A stretch of DNA of 64,000 nucleotides, taken from the NCBI GenBank assembly GCA_047495785.1, contig JBLDXI010000074.1, positions 558,001 through 622,000 of the forward strand, read 5' to 3'. This DNA is from Lepidodermella squamata (taxonomy: Eukaryota > Animalia > Gastrotricha). A program made the position numbers and the translations under genes. A model generated the notes under the pieces. The model had not been told where the DNA came from. It did no database searches and was given only the letters and a program-made list of their open reading frames with translations. This document shows positions 11,757 through 23,330 of the stretch, one piece after another (within the stretch, counting starts at the first letter, position 1; every line of letters starts with the position of its first letter).

Positions 11757-12051
11757 TTTTTATCCGACCAATGTCTTATTTCATCCGGCAACCAAAAATG
11801 TGACTAAAATCATCCGACATGGAATATCGATTTTCTCGATTTTCCAGAGTTCGATTTTTCCGTTGGGCATAACCCTTTTATGCACCATATTTTGGCCCCT
11901 GAACCGGCAGAATTTTATGGTGAAAGATTCATGGCGATCCGAGTAGTCACTTTTTTACTGTAATTTTTTGAAAATATGAAAAAGCAAGTCGGCTGGTATT
12001 AGTCACATTTTTGGTTGTCGGATGAAATAAGACATTGGTCGGATGAAAAAA
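11757..12051. repeat. Inverted-repeat element (MITE-like)
   Basis: TTTTATCCGACCAATGTCTTATTTCATCCGGCAACCAAAAATGTGACTAA is mirrored by TTAGTCACATTTTTGGTTGTCGGATGAAATAAGACATTGGTCGGATGAAAA; ATCCGAC repeats nearby. Confidence 0.7.
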
Positions 12052-12667
12052 GTTTTCCCCGAAAATTCAATAGCGGCCAACCATCCGATGTCGGAGAATG
12101 CGACAAATTTCCAGCACATTTGAAGCTGACTTCGGCTTCATGAAACCTCCGGCGCAATTTTCAACACCTTCACCTTGCCGTCAACGCCAACCGGTACGAA
12201 TAAGGCAAGACGCCGATAAACCGCCAACCAAAGTTCGATTTCTTCAACTGCGAAGCTGAATAACAACCGAAACAAGCTCGCAATAACTAAACAGTGTTTT
12301 CGTGTAGAATGTCTTTTTAATTCGTTGAGAGCACGAAGCTTTGCCGCTCTGCTAAGCCTCCATTCCTGTTCTTGTTCCTATTGTATATCTTCGTTTGATT
12401 CAAACTTCTGGTATTCACATCATCTTCGTTATGAAATCCTACAACCTTTTCAATTGTCGGGCTGGTTCAACACATAGAAAGCCAGGCCTAAAGGTTATCC
12501 AACAACGAGTTTTTATTTTCTGTATGTAAGTTCATTTAATGATATCGATTCGGAGAAATTATTAGCAATTTGAATGATCGATATTCAATGTTTCATGCAC
12601 TGTAAAACTTTTGGAACAAGGGCTTCGAAAGGCAAGATGAGAATAAAAAATCACAAAAGTACATTAA

Positions 12668-15600
12668 TCACAGCTTTCGTAAAACAATGAAAAAATGGTG
12701 GCAAGTGTTGGCGCACTCATCCGGCGCCGTTCGCAGTTCATGTTTGTAAGCTTCCCACAACATTTCAAACAGCATCTGCTTCTCGTCGCTCGTTCGATTC
12801 GAATCGAGCGCAGAAAAGAACGCGACGTTCACCTCGCGATGCATGATGCTCGCGAATTCGTCAATAAACAGTTCAGTGTTGCCGTGTTGTTGGTAATCCA
12901 TGTAGATGGGGTTATCGCCTGGCAAGCACTGTTCAGAGTGAACGACTTCGAAGCCTAAGCGATCGAACAAAGCTTGGTCCAACACGTCCTCGGGCGAACG
13001 CCAAACTATCGGCATGTTGAAATCGTACAATTCTTGTTCTGTCAACAAGTCGGCATTGGCCAGAGATTGAGCAGCATCATACACCTGTAACAGAAAAATT
13101 AATAAAAAAATTAGAGACGACAATAGCGCAAAAATGTGATTTTTTGCTCAATTGTCTTGATTATGTTCTGCCCACTTTTATTGCGGAAGGTAACGAATTA
13201 AAATTTAAACTCACTACGTCAAATGAAAAGGCGAAGGGCGTCATTTATGCAACGAAAATAGCGCAAATGTTTGTTGCCCATCAAGTGTTTTGCTCAACTG
13301 TCGTGTTTTCAAATAGAGTGAGAAACTCGCGGAAAATTCGGCAAAAATTCTTAAAATGTATATGATAAAACTCACTGCGTCGAACATGAATGGCAGAGTT
13401 TCGTCGTTTGACAGCATTTCAGAGACGAGGACTCCACCGCGGACGAGTTCGGAGCTTCTGGCGGTTAGATAAGCTTCCCAATCTCTGCTAGCCATCTGGT
13501 GAAACGACGCGCGCTCCGACCGGCTGCCGAACATTGAAAAACAGTGATTCGCGATCTTGGCCGGTAGAACTGAGCAGTGTTGCAGAGAGCCAAGCGAGAT
13601 GCCGAGTTGCAACGAGTTCTCGCCAACGCATTTCTCGTAGATGCTGTTGCCTAGGACAACACAGACTTTCATCTAAATTTCTTTCAGGTTAATTATAAAA
13701 AAATGTGTTAAGAATGATTTTGCCAAATAGAAAATTAATCACAATAATTATGATCAAATTCATGATTATAGTGAGTTAAAATATTTAGAAATAAATATTC
13801 CAAGTGCACTTTCATACATATTCATTCTTTTATAAAAAATTAAAATTAAAACTCTCTACGTCAAATGAAAAGGCGAAGGGCGACATTTGAAATTATTTAT
13901 CTATGAAATTTTTAACTTTTCCATAAAATCGTGTTTTTTAGCCAAACTGTGATTAGGAATTGGGGTTAGGGGTTAGGGTTAGGCGCCAGGGTTCGGGTTC
14001 GGGTTCGGGTTAGGTTTAGGGTTTGGTTAGGGTTCAGGATTAAGGTTAGGTTTAGGGTAGTTCGAGTTTCGGGTTTCTACGAAGCTCGATTTTTAGGCCC
14101 TTGCGCTTCCCCAATAACCATTTTCAAGCGGAAAAAATTGACTATGCTTTCGGAACCCCGTTTTTCTTTTACATAAACTGAAAACTAGTCATCTGGCATT
14201 TCCCTAATGTTTTCAGCTTGAATTTAATGAAAAAAAATATGTATGAAATTTAACTTTCTCATACATAAATATGTTTGAAAGTTGGCACCCTAAATAATTT
14301 CAGGTAAACATCGAAATTTTGAAATTTTGCTCGAAATTTTTAATTCGAATTTCAAAAATAAATTGTTCAAATAATTGTGATAAAATGACGGGTCAACAAA
14401 TTCTTATTAGAGTTAATCAAGGTGCGTCATCATCGATCTAGAAGCCCCAAGTCGCGAAAAATCTGGAAAATATCTTGGGATTTTTCGTGCTACTTACTAT
14501 ACAAAATTTCGCCGCATCGCTATAATTATCCGACATTACTCGACTATTTGGCGGCCTCCCTGGCGGTCTCCACTTCAGCGGAAAAATAATTACCAAAAAC
14601 TGAAATTCGAAATGAAAATTTTCTAAATACCAACACGTGCTGTCTAAATAGTTGCTGATACGGTGCACTTTTTCCGAAAAGAATTGGCCACGGCGCGAAC
14701 TTATTTTGTTGGTTTCAAAGTATATACGCTATCTTTTGTGTCCTGGTTTATATGCGTGATATCTATCAGTCGTAGTAGTCCGTTGTATTCCGGTTTTATC
14801 ATGGTAAGATGCGTGACTTTTCCGTCGCTTTTGAAAATTGAAGGCGAAATGACAAAGCAGAATATTTCAGAATAACAATATCAGAACTTTAACATATTAA
14901 TACATATGTTTAGGCAAAGCGAGAAATGGGAGAAAATGCAGCGCAGCGCGCAGCTATTAGCTAAAGGCTATAGCGACTTCATCTGCTAAATCTCCCCCGT
15001 TACGCTAGGTATATCTGATCATTTTTGCCGGATTATCAAACAAACTGAACAAGTCAAGAAAAGTCCCAGCAAGTTAAATCGTTTCAGAGGCCGACCTTCG
15101 GAAAATTATTTGAAAAAGGTTCCCAAATCAGCGACTTTGATTTGATTTCTTCATCAAATCCCAAGTATTTTGAAATCAATCATTTTAAATCGAATCTCCA
15201 AAAATTCAATGGTAAATCAATCAAATCAATCAAATCAATCCAAATCTTTTTCGAAATTCCCTCAAGTTCCCGCTGCTACTTGGGAGTTGTTTCACAAGAT
15301 TTACAGCTGAAGCTATCGATAAAGAAATTCGTTATCACCTTACAAATTGGATATTTATTTCATTTAATATTCATTCAATTTGTTCACGCTGATTACTGAC
15401 ACTGCCGTAGAAGGGGAACACGATTATGGAAATGAAAAAATCGATCGGAAAAAGTGTGATATTTTTTAATGAATCTTGATTGAAAGCATGGGAAACGCGG
15501 GAACAGCCGAATTTTTTATTGTGTGGGAGCGATGTCCCGAAGAGACAAAACCCCCGTTATCGAGGCCTTTATCGTAATACATGTATCCAGGCCTCTCAGT

Positions 15601-16171
15601 AACTTTCCCAGTGATAATGAATTCACCCTTCTGCCCCATGGGTGACAAAACCTCGCCCGTTTTCAAATTGAAGGCTATATATAAGCCAAATTATTGCTGA
15701 GTGGGGACATGTTTTCTGTTTCAAAACATTTCAATTTTGAAATTGAATTTCAGAAATTTCCGAAAAAACTGAGAACGTAACATATATGAGAAAAATACCT
15801 GTTGCTAGGGCTTGAACCTTCAAGCCTCGCGACCTGAGATAAGAATCAGGTTCATTGTACAGGTAGGCGAACAACTCGCTCCAGTTGTTGTGCAGCCAGT
15901 GGTCGTGGATAACCGTCACTGATTTGTTAACGTCAAAATCATAGCGGTTGCGCAGGTGTTCAATCGCCGTCGAAATAGCGGTCGAACTAGCTTCAGGATC
16001 GGGCGTTCCGAAATCAGCCAAGGTCAAGCTGCCGTCGATTCGAGCCGAGTGAGCGTCGATGGCTGTTGCGATAAAAGGCGCCGCGAAGTCGACCAGTTGA
16101 AGGTAAGACTTTGTGATAGCGCTCAGGCCGTTTCGCAACGCTGATGTTTGCTGAGCTGTGATGGGAGCCAT
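12668..16171 (-). CDS. SABATH-family (Methyltransf_7) SAM-dependent methyltransferase-like protein, 3 exons (16171-15799, 13650-13376, 13084-12668)
   Basis: Phase-compatible GT-AG junctions. Motifs in SABATH order: LADFGTPDPEAS, VIHDHWLHNNW, ATGNSIYEKCVGENSLQLGISLGSLQHCS, DWEAYLTARSSELVRGGVLV, FNMPIVWRSPEDV. Confidence 0.8.
13961..14076 (+). repeat. Degenerate interstitial (GGGTTA/GGGTTC)n telomere-like tract in an intron
   Basis: GGGGTTAGGGGTTAGGGTTAGG...GGGTTCGGGTTCGGGTTCGGGTTAGGTTTAGGG; a shorter CTAACCC tract lies near 3690-3718. Confidence 0.75.
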
Positions 16172-16781
16172 TTTTTGTAAAATAATAAAATAAATAGGTC
16201 AGTCGCGAAAAAGTCTGCCGTTTTTATACGTTTTAGACGCGTGTCATGCGTTTATATTTTGCGACCGTTTCAGACATCTGGACTTACTATCGGAATAACA
16301 AGATAACGGCGCAGCATCTGTTAGGATGTCAAGGCTTCAATGATCGGTCTTCAGGCCCAGTTCGCGCTATAAATTATCGCGTGTGTACTGTGTGGTGACC
16401 CAGTTATTTTGTTTTACTTTGTACGCACCCGCCGTGTGTGTGCGTCTGTGATGAGGTCAAATTGCTCAATCGAACGAACTTGATAGTTTCAACGGTTTGC
16501 CTTGAATTACGGTCAGCAAAAAATGTCAACTTTTTCGGAACAGCAGAGCATCCTGTCCTAATTTCGGCCGCTGCGAATAAAATTGTGTAAAATTAACAGA
16601 ATAAGTTTGAAATTTCATGAATGAATTTTTATTCCTTGACACACGCGCAGCTACATCTTTGAACATGATTTTTCACACATTTTTCGACATTTTTAATTAC
16701 CGATAATGTTTGACATACTTAAGCCGAGCGTTTTTAACGAGGCGGTTTTTCGCTTCAACGGTCACGGTTGAAAATTAGCAG

Positions 16782-18104
16782 CGAAAAGTCGGCTACTTTA
16801 ACTGTATGACCCGAATCGAAGCCCTGGTGCCAGGTTTGAGCGACAGTTTGAAGCCAGAAATGCCTGAAGGAGTTTCGGGGAAAGGTTAGGCACTTTGAAA
16901 ATTGAACTTAGTGCTTGGAAAAATTGAAGACTTGTGCTGACGAGGGTACCTGCTAAGAGATGTGGCGATAGAAGAACTTGACTGTTAACGCGCGTTTATC
17001 GATATGAAACACGCCATGGTTGCCGCATCACCCGAGTACCATGGCAAGAAGAAAGTTGTCAGTGTTGCTGAACTGGTGGCAGAGTGTCGGGTAAATTTTA
17101 ATTCAGATTTTAATTCGCTTTTTCCAATTACTGTAAAAGTTGGGTGTTGTCACGGTTTGTCACGTAAAAATGGGCGAATTGTTAAAGGCTTTCAACGCTG
17201 ACAGATGTGCCTTGAAAACGGGCGCAATTCGCCTTATAAATACCGTATTTGTTCCAATAGTAGCCCATCCACTAATAATCGCCCATCCCTAATAGTAGAC
17301 CAGGGTGAGGGGTCAAGCCGGTTCGAAAACAGCAAAAATAAACAATTCGCCAACAATTGTTGTTCAAAATTTCGAGGTTGAAATTCTAGTAGCCCGGGCT
17401 GCTATATGAATACGGCTGATCGCAAAAATGTAATTATTGAAGTTTAATCTTCTATTTATTTAAGAGCACAAATCCCAAAGGTGAGAGCTCAGTAAAAGAA
17501 AGCTTTCTTGAAGTAAACATTAGTAGCTGATAAAAATGAGCAGATCGGTAAAAATGAAAAAAACAATTCGGTGAACGATTGCCCTCTTGATGTAATATTC
17601 GCGAAAATCGATAAATTTTCTGCGAAAAGTTGAAGCAGGTGAAAAATGGTGTACCTGCTCAAGTAAATTCGATGCAAAAGGTTAGTAATTTATTCCAGTC
17701 CGATTTTTATTTTTCAAAAGTTCAATTTTTTTGTATTTTGGATGATGCTTTCGGGCAAAATTAAATTTCAAAGCCAATAAAATTCCCGATGTGAGACCAC
17801 GATACTACAGCATATTTGCAGTTATAGATTAAGGAATTGGATCATTTTTCTTTGATTGCAAATGACCTACAAATTATTAGCGAAAATTGTATACAATTTC
17901 CATTTGTTCCTATTTCAGTTGAGCGGCTACAAGGCTAGCAGTTTGGAAATAATACAGATGATTGCTGCTCCTAACGCTGGTCACAATTATGCGAAGAAAT
18001 ACCGAGCGTTAATCGATTTGATCCGCCGGCCGCCGGCAGTGCATTGCCGACGAGAAGCTCGAAAATCAACGCAGCTCGCACGATCGCATTGTGACGACGA
18101 ATGA
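16782..18104 (+). pseudogene. Putative spliced gene remnant of unknown family (exons about 16782-16884, 16930-17090, 17919-18104)
   Basis: Phase-compatible splice sites and AATAAA directly at the final TGA, but the middle exon has in-frame TGA (16938) and TAA (16986). No recognisable homology. Confidence 0.35.
17243..17415. mobile_element. Short pogo/Tigger-like MITE
   Basis: TA-CCGTATTT...AATACGG termini with internal TAATAGTAGCCC-type repeats. Confidence 0.5.
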
Positions 18105-18297
18105 ATAAAAACTGGAAAATTTGTAAAATAATGCGATAAAACACGACCATTGCAGTTGAAATGAAAAGATTGTACATGCTAATACTGAGAGTCCAATTTT
18201 ACAACAAGAAATGGCTAGCGAGTTGCTGAAAATAAATGAATTTTATCTATAAAAAGCATCGATCCCCCACCTCACCACCTCACCACCTCACCACAGT

Positions 18298-18420
18298 CCG
18301 GGTGTTATCGGGGGACATCGATGGATAGTCATCCTTCAGCCCTCTATTCCGACCTTTGGCTGCGCCTCGGGCCTACATAGCTAGCCTTCAGGCCGATATC
18401 CACCTTAGATAAACACCCGG
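18298..18420. repeat. Small palindromic repeat element
   Basis: CCGGGTGTTATC ... GATAAACACCCGG inverted ends. Confidence 0.5.
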
Positions 18421-18920
18421 AAAATATATAATATAGATATTTAGATTAAAAGATATTGAGTAAACCCTTCAAATTTGTCGATGTCCCATTATTTCGCGTT
18501 AAAAAAGTGATACGCGCATTATTTATTTGCCAGCAGAACATTCATGTGTAACGAGTAGTATATTTATGCGACGATGCGATAACGAGACAATATACGCAAA
18601 AATTTTCTGACACCGCAGGTTTTTCTGTTTGCGAAAAGTTTAATATAAGTCATTAATGTCAAATTATATGAACTTTTTGTGCAAACAAGCCGGTAATTTT
18701 TCTCAATATTTTAGCGACGTTCATATGGAATTTCAACAAACACGCCGATGACGACTCGCCTCTGCCGTTGTGATATTATTCATTGAGTTCATCGGTATTC
18801 GAAACCAAGTGAACGCTAGTGTGAACAGTTCGCGGAGGGTTCCCTGGGAACGCCTATAAATTAAAAAGACTGCGCAGCAAATTATCACAAATATTCTTTC
18901 TATTCAATTTTCTTTCCAAT

Positions 18921-19252
18921 ATGAACAAGATCATCCTTCTAGAAGTATCTTGTGGTGGTAAATTTCTCACTTGGACAATAGCTCTGTTAGTTTGATACCC
19001 TTTAACTTTTAACAGGCTTTCGCCGCTGTGTTGGCTGTTTCAGCACTCGAGGATACGGCTCGTGAGGCTGCCTACGAAGAGGAGGTAGCTCGTGCAGACA
19101 GGAAGCACAAGGATGAGGCTGGCCATAAGACACACCACGGCATACAGCATGGCATAAATGGGCATAACTGGCTGTATGGCAAGACGAATGAAACACTCGA
19201 GGCCACTGGTAGAATTTGCCCTCCTAAATGTTGCCCTCCTCCAAATTGTTGA
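18921..19252 (+). pseudogene. Secreted Cys-peptide precursor copy 1 (exon 1 apparently frameshifted; exon 2 19016-19252 intact, ends GR-ICPPKCCPPPNC)
   Basis: Homologous to copies 2 and 3 over promoter, exons, intron and 3'UTR. Exon 1 has AGAAGTA in place of CAC (+4 nt), which shifts the shared donor to phase 1. Confidence 0.65.
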
Positions 19253-20338
19253 ACAAATTCCGCGCATATGATTAGGATCTGTCATTGCCCTACAATCAGA
19301 GTGCTGAGACTTCAACACGATGAGAGAGAAGATAATCATATATTATTAATATTTATTATGATATTATATGAGAAATATACATTAAACATGTATATGTTAT
19401 CTTTGCGGAAAATGATACCTTTGACTATTAAGACTAGATAGATAAATAAACGGCAGAATATGAATAAGCCTTCCTTTCGCCATCTCGAAATTCGGTATAA
19501 GCATGGCTCTACCCTGTAAAAAGTCTTCTGCGGTATCTAAGCTATGTATTCGATAAAAAAAACACACCAACCAGTGGTTAGAAGCTCCAGTCACATGTTT
19601 GCATATTTGTCATAATTTTTTGTTCATGTAACGTGGCGTGGGGTATAACTTGGCCATAAAAGTCGCCTTTTGGTCGATTTCACGCCGAGAAAAACTGTTT
19701 TCACGAAATTTTTCATATACATAAGAACATTCCTTGCCACCTGAGCTACAACTGATAACTTAAACTTTGATCGAAACCACAACAAATAATCCAGATAAAA
19801 CCAATTCTTTTTCTGCAGAACTTTAAAGATGAAAAATTGAAGAGTATAATCCACTTTTTTACGGTGGTGGTTTGAAAAAACCCTTTTTGGACTGCACAGA
19901 AACTTTTGAAGACGATTAACTATAACAAAGCATTGTAAAGGCTTTCCTAGCCTCTGCTTGGAACCAGTCCCATACACACGTCAGCGCGAAAAAATCGAAA
20001 ATGATCACTGATGGGGTGAATCTGTGGTGAAATTTGACCAAAATTTACAAGCTGCTCGCAGATTTAGTGAACTTATTACTTTGACGTTAGCCATATTCAT
20101 TTCGTGGGGCAACTTATTTATCGCAAATGCCAAGCGAATCGCGGGCCAGGGCAGGAAGTTTCACAGCGTGGTTTCGGCGCAGCAACAACTTGTGGCAGAG
20201 GTTGAGCAAAAAATCGCGCTGAGCCAAGCAATAAGGTAATACTCAATGGCTAGGTAGCAATGGTGAAATATAGCATTCGCTCAAAAAATATAGGGTTAGT
20301 GCCCATGCTCATGCAATATTTGTATGGTATGACATGAG

Positions 20339-20688
20339 TAAAACGTTTATATCTGTACGGAGCCGCCCGAGATTTACGAGTCGTGACGAGCCGGAGGCGA
20401 GTTACGAAGAGTAAATCGAGTGCGGCGAGTTCAGATATGAACGTTTTACGAATGTTATACCGTAAAATATCGAATTGTCAAAGCTACTCGACCTATATTT
20501 CTGGGGACAATTCTATATTTCACGATACAGCACTCGTAATTCATTCATATCTGGATTCTCCGCACTCGCTACGAATCTCAGATATAAATAAATTACTCGT
20601 ACTATATCATACAAATATAGAATTGTCCCCAGAAATATAGGTCGAGTAGCTTTGACAATTCGATATTTTACGGTATAACATTCGTAAA
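20339..20688. mobile_element. Compound foldback element
   Basis: Essentially perfect ~76-bp inverted arms TTTACGAATGTTATACCGTAAAATATCG...TTCTATATTT (20445 to 20688), abutting a second hairpin AAAACGTTTATATCTG...CAGATATGAACGTTTT. Confidence 0.8.
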
Positions 20689-21084
20689 TCGGCAAGTCGT
20701 CTCCTTAGATCGATAGAACGCGCCGGGAACACTGAGCAGAAAATCCAGAAAATCGGACAGCATTTTGACCCCAATTCGCAGAAATCACCACCTTGAAACT
20801 TGATTGAACTTGGAGCACTCTGCCAGCGACAGTTCCGATTCGATCACGTTGAAACCATCGACGTACCAAACACCGTTGCGACGCGCTAATCCGAAACTGA
20901 GCCATTTTCAACAACCAGAGATGAAATTCCGACGGACTGCTTGACCTTCTTTCATCGCCACCAAACGTGTCGTTCAAATCGAACCAGTGTCTTGTCGAAC
21001 AGAAAGCAAAATGCCTTTATAAATGTCTATGGATTAATCTGGAACACGGAAGGTTCCCGAATCACGGAATGTTCTGGAAGCCTT

Positions 21085-21800
21085 AATTCTGACAGTACTC
21101 TGCGCCTAGCTGTTGGCTACCGCGAGTTAAATCGCATTACGATTTGAAAACAGCTAGGTGCCAATTGCCACTGATCCCCGAAATTATACTGAAAAAACTA
21201 TTCGACCGCATTGGCAAGGCAAACATCCTGACGCGTCTCGATATAACAAACGCCTACAATTTGCTTCGCACTCGAGAGGGAGATGAGTGGAAGATCGCTT
21301 TCAAAATACGGTCTATTCGAGCAACTTTTGGCAAGGTCAACGCCCAGCGGCATTTCAAATGAATTTCAGAAGTTTTTTGCGGCATGATTGACATTAGTGT
21401 TGTAATTTATCTTGATGCCATTTATCTTGAGTCTTTGGCCGAACACGAAGTGCATATCGAACAAGTTCTGCAGAGATTCTCAACATCGAAATCGTACTTG
21501 TTAATCTTTGCTTTTCTCATTCGACCATATGGCAGACTTAAGCACCTAGTCAAATTGATTTGCTACGGGCCTGAAGACAAAACCTGGGCACCTGTTTGCA
21601 ACGCCGCGAATTCGTCCGACGTAGAAAGCCGAATTTCAGTACAAGTACCAGAAAAAGCCTGTACAAAGTCGCATTTATTGCTCCAAGCGGCGCGCTCCAA
21701 GAAGAGGCATATGGTGTAAGGATCGAGTACGCGTTTCCAACTACCACAGCTGTTAAGCTTTGTCGTGCAGACCTTCACGTCATAAAATATCAATAGTTGG
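21085..21800 (+). mobile_element. Degenerate Ty3/Gypsy chromovirus-type LTR retrotransposon remnant (RT fragment, chromodomain, PPT/3' LTR start)
   Basis: Frameshifted RT motifs LRLAVGYRELNRIT, LPLI, LDITNAYNLLRTREGDEWKIAFKIR, VVIYLD..HEVHIEQVLQR; then GRLKHLVKLICYGPEDKTWAP (chromodomain-like); purine tract AAGAAGAGG followed by TGTAAGG at 21715. Confidence 0.8.
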
Positions 21801-22356
21801 CGAATCACACGAAAAACTTTGATGGTCAGGCCTGGGCAAGACTGAGCTGCAAATTTCCATTCTTTCGTTTCAAATACGAACGAGAGCTTCCTTCTGATCT
21901 TGCTTCTGATCTTCTAATCTTCTGATTATTTTATTTTTTTAAATCGAGCATCAGCGTGTAGCGTCAATGCGGCGATGCATTTCTTGGGTCTGGTAGGTGA
22001 ATATTGTGGGCGCTGGTGAATCAACAAAACAACAAGGGATCATCAGATGTCTAGACATATACATCATAATGTTATATAAAAAAAATGTTGTGCAAACAAG
22101 CCGCTAACATTTTTCTTAATATTTTAGCGATGTTCATACGGAATTTCAACAAACACGCCGATACCGACTAGCCTCTGTCATTGTGATATCATTCACTGAG
22201 TGCATCGGTATCCCTAAGCACGTGTATTCGCCTCGTAATAAACGTGATCGCTGGTATGAACAGTTGGTGGATGTATCCCTGGGAAAGCCTTTAAATTAGC
22301 GAAACTGAGCTGACATTTTCACGACAATTCTTCAATTTTCAATTTTACTGTCAAAT

Positions 22357-22745
22357 ATGAACAAGATCATTCTTCTCACTCTTGTGGTGGTAGGTTTCAC
22401 GCTTGGACCATAGCTCTGTTCGTATTATACCCCTTCATTTAACAGGCTTTCGTCGCTGTGCTGACTGTATCAGCTCTCGAGAACAACGCCGATACGGCGC
22501 GCGAGGCTGACTTCGAAGAGGAGGCAGCCCGCGGGGACAGGCATCGCAAGGATGAGGCTGGCCAAATCCACAGCGGAAATCATGGCAAAAGTGGCAAACA
22601 TAGCAGGCTATACGGACAGAAGAACGAAACCCTGATCGTATCTGCTCGTGATGGCGATTACGTACAAAAGTATGACGCGAATGGCGTCCCAGTGTGTTGT
22701 CCATATGTGTGCCCCCCAGTTTGTTGTATTCCCTCAGATTGTTGA
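22357..22745 (+). CDS. Secreted Cys-peptide precursor copy 2 (exons 22357-22389, 22446-22745)
   Basis: MNKIILLTLVV|AFVAVLTVSA-LENNADTAR-EADFEEEAAR-GDRHRKDEAGQIHSGNHGKSGKHSRLYGQKNETLIVSAR-DGDYVQKYDANGVPVCCPYVCPPVCCIPSDC*; 56-nt phase-0 GT-AG intron. Confidence 0.85.
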
Positions 22746-23064
22746 ACACATTCCGCATCTGCTATTGCCCTTCAATTGGAGTGCCGAGACTTCAACATGA
22801 TGCGAGAGAAGATGATAATATATGTTGATGATGATATTATATTTAAAATCAACCAATAATATATGGGACATATTTTACTTGCGGACAATTTGTGGTGATT
22901 CTTTGACTAAGACTAAAAGCTACTCGTATATGGATTATGGAACTAACCAGATACGTAATAAAATGATCCGATTTAAAGAGCTTAACATTTTAAGTTCGGG
23001 AAACTCAAGGGAAAATTTGCTAGCTTATTAGCAACATAACAAGCTACGGCGTCAAGAGTGCTAT

Positions 23065-23330
23065 TCAGCCAGCATCTATGCAGCTGTTAGGCGACTTCTA
23101 ATTATATTCGGCACCATTCAGCACTTGATTCGGCTTGTTATAATTTTACTGAGCACAAAATAGTTCGTTCATGATAAGATTCAATAAGATTCAATTTTTT
23201 CGGATTTTTCGGCACTCAATTCGGCACCGTACCGCACCTATTTTCTTTTTGTACTTACTACGGCACCTTTTCAGCATCACGTTCGGCAATCCATACTCCG
23301 CACTTTCCGCAGGGAGTTCCGCACAGAATT
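23065..23330 (+). repeat. Degenerate TTC(G/A/C)GCAC motif array
   Basis: Repeated TTCGGCAC/TTCAGCAC/TTCCGCAC with irregular short spacing. Confidence 0.5.

Noticed and set aside
13961-14076. True telomere or chromosome-breakage site
   Set aside because: Short, degenerate and embedded in an intron with unique sequence continuing on both sides.
19250-19441. TGA after the final Cys in peptide copies 1 and 2 as selenocysteine or readthrough
   Set aside because: Copy 3 has TAA at the same position, downstream frames are not conserved because of indels, and no SECIS is evident.
23065-23330. Repeat array as CRISPR
   Set aside because: Eukaryotic context; repeats are about 8 nt, degenerate and irregularly spaced; no cas genes.
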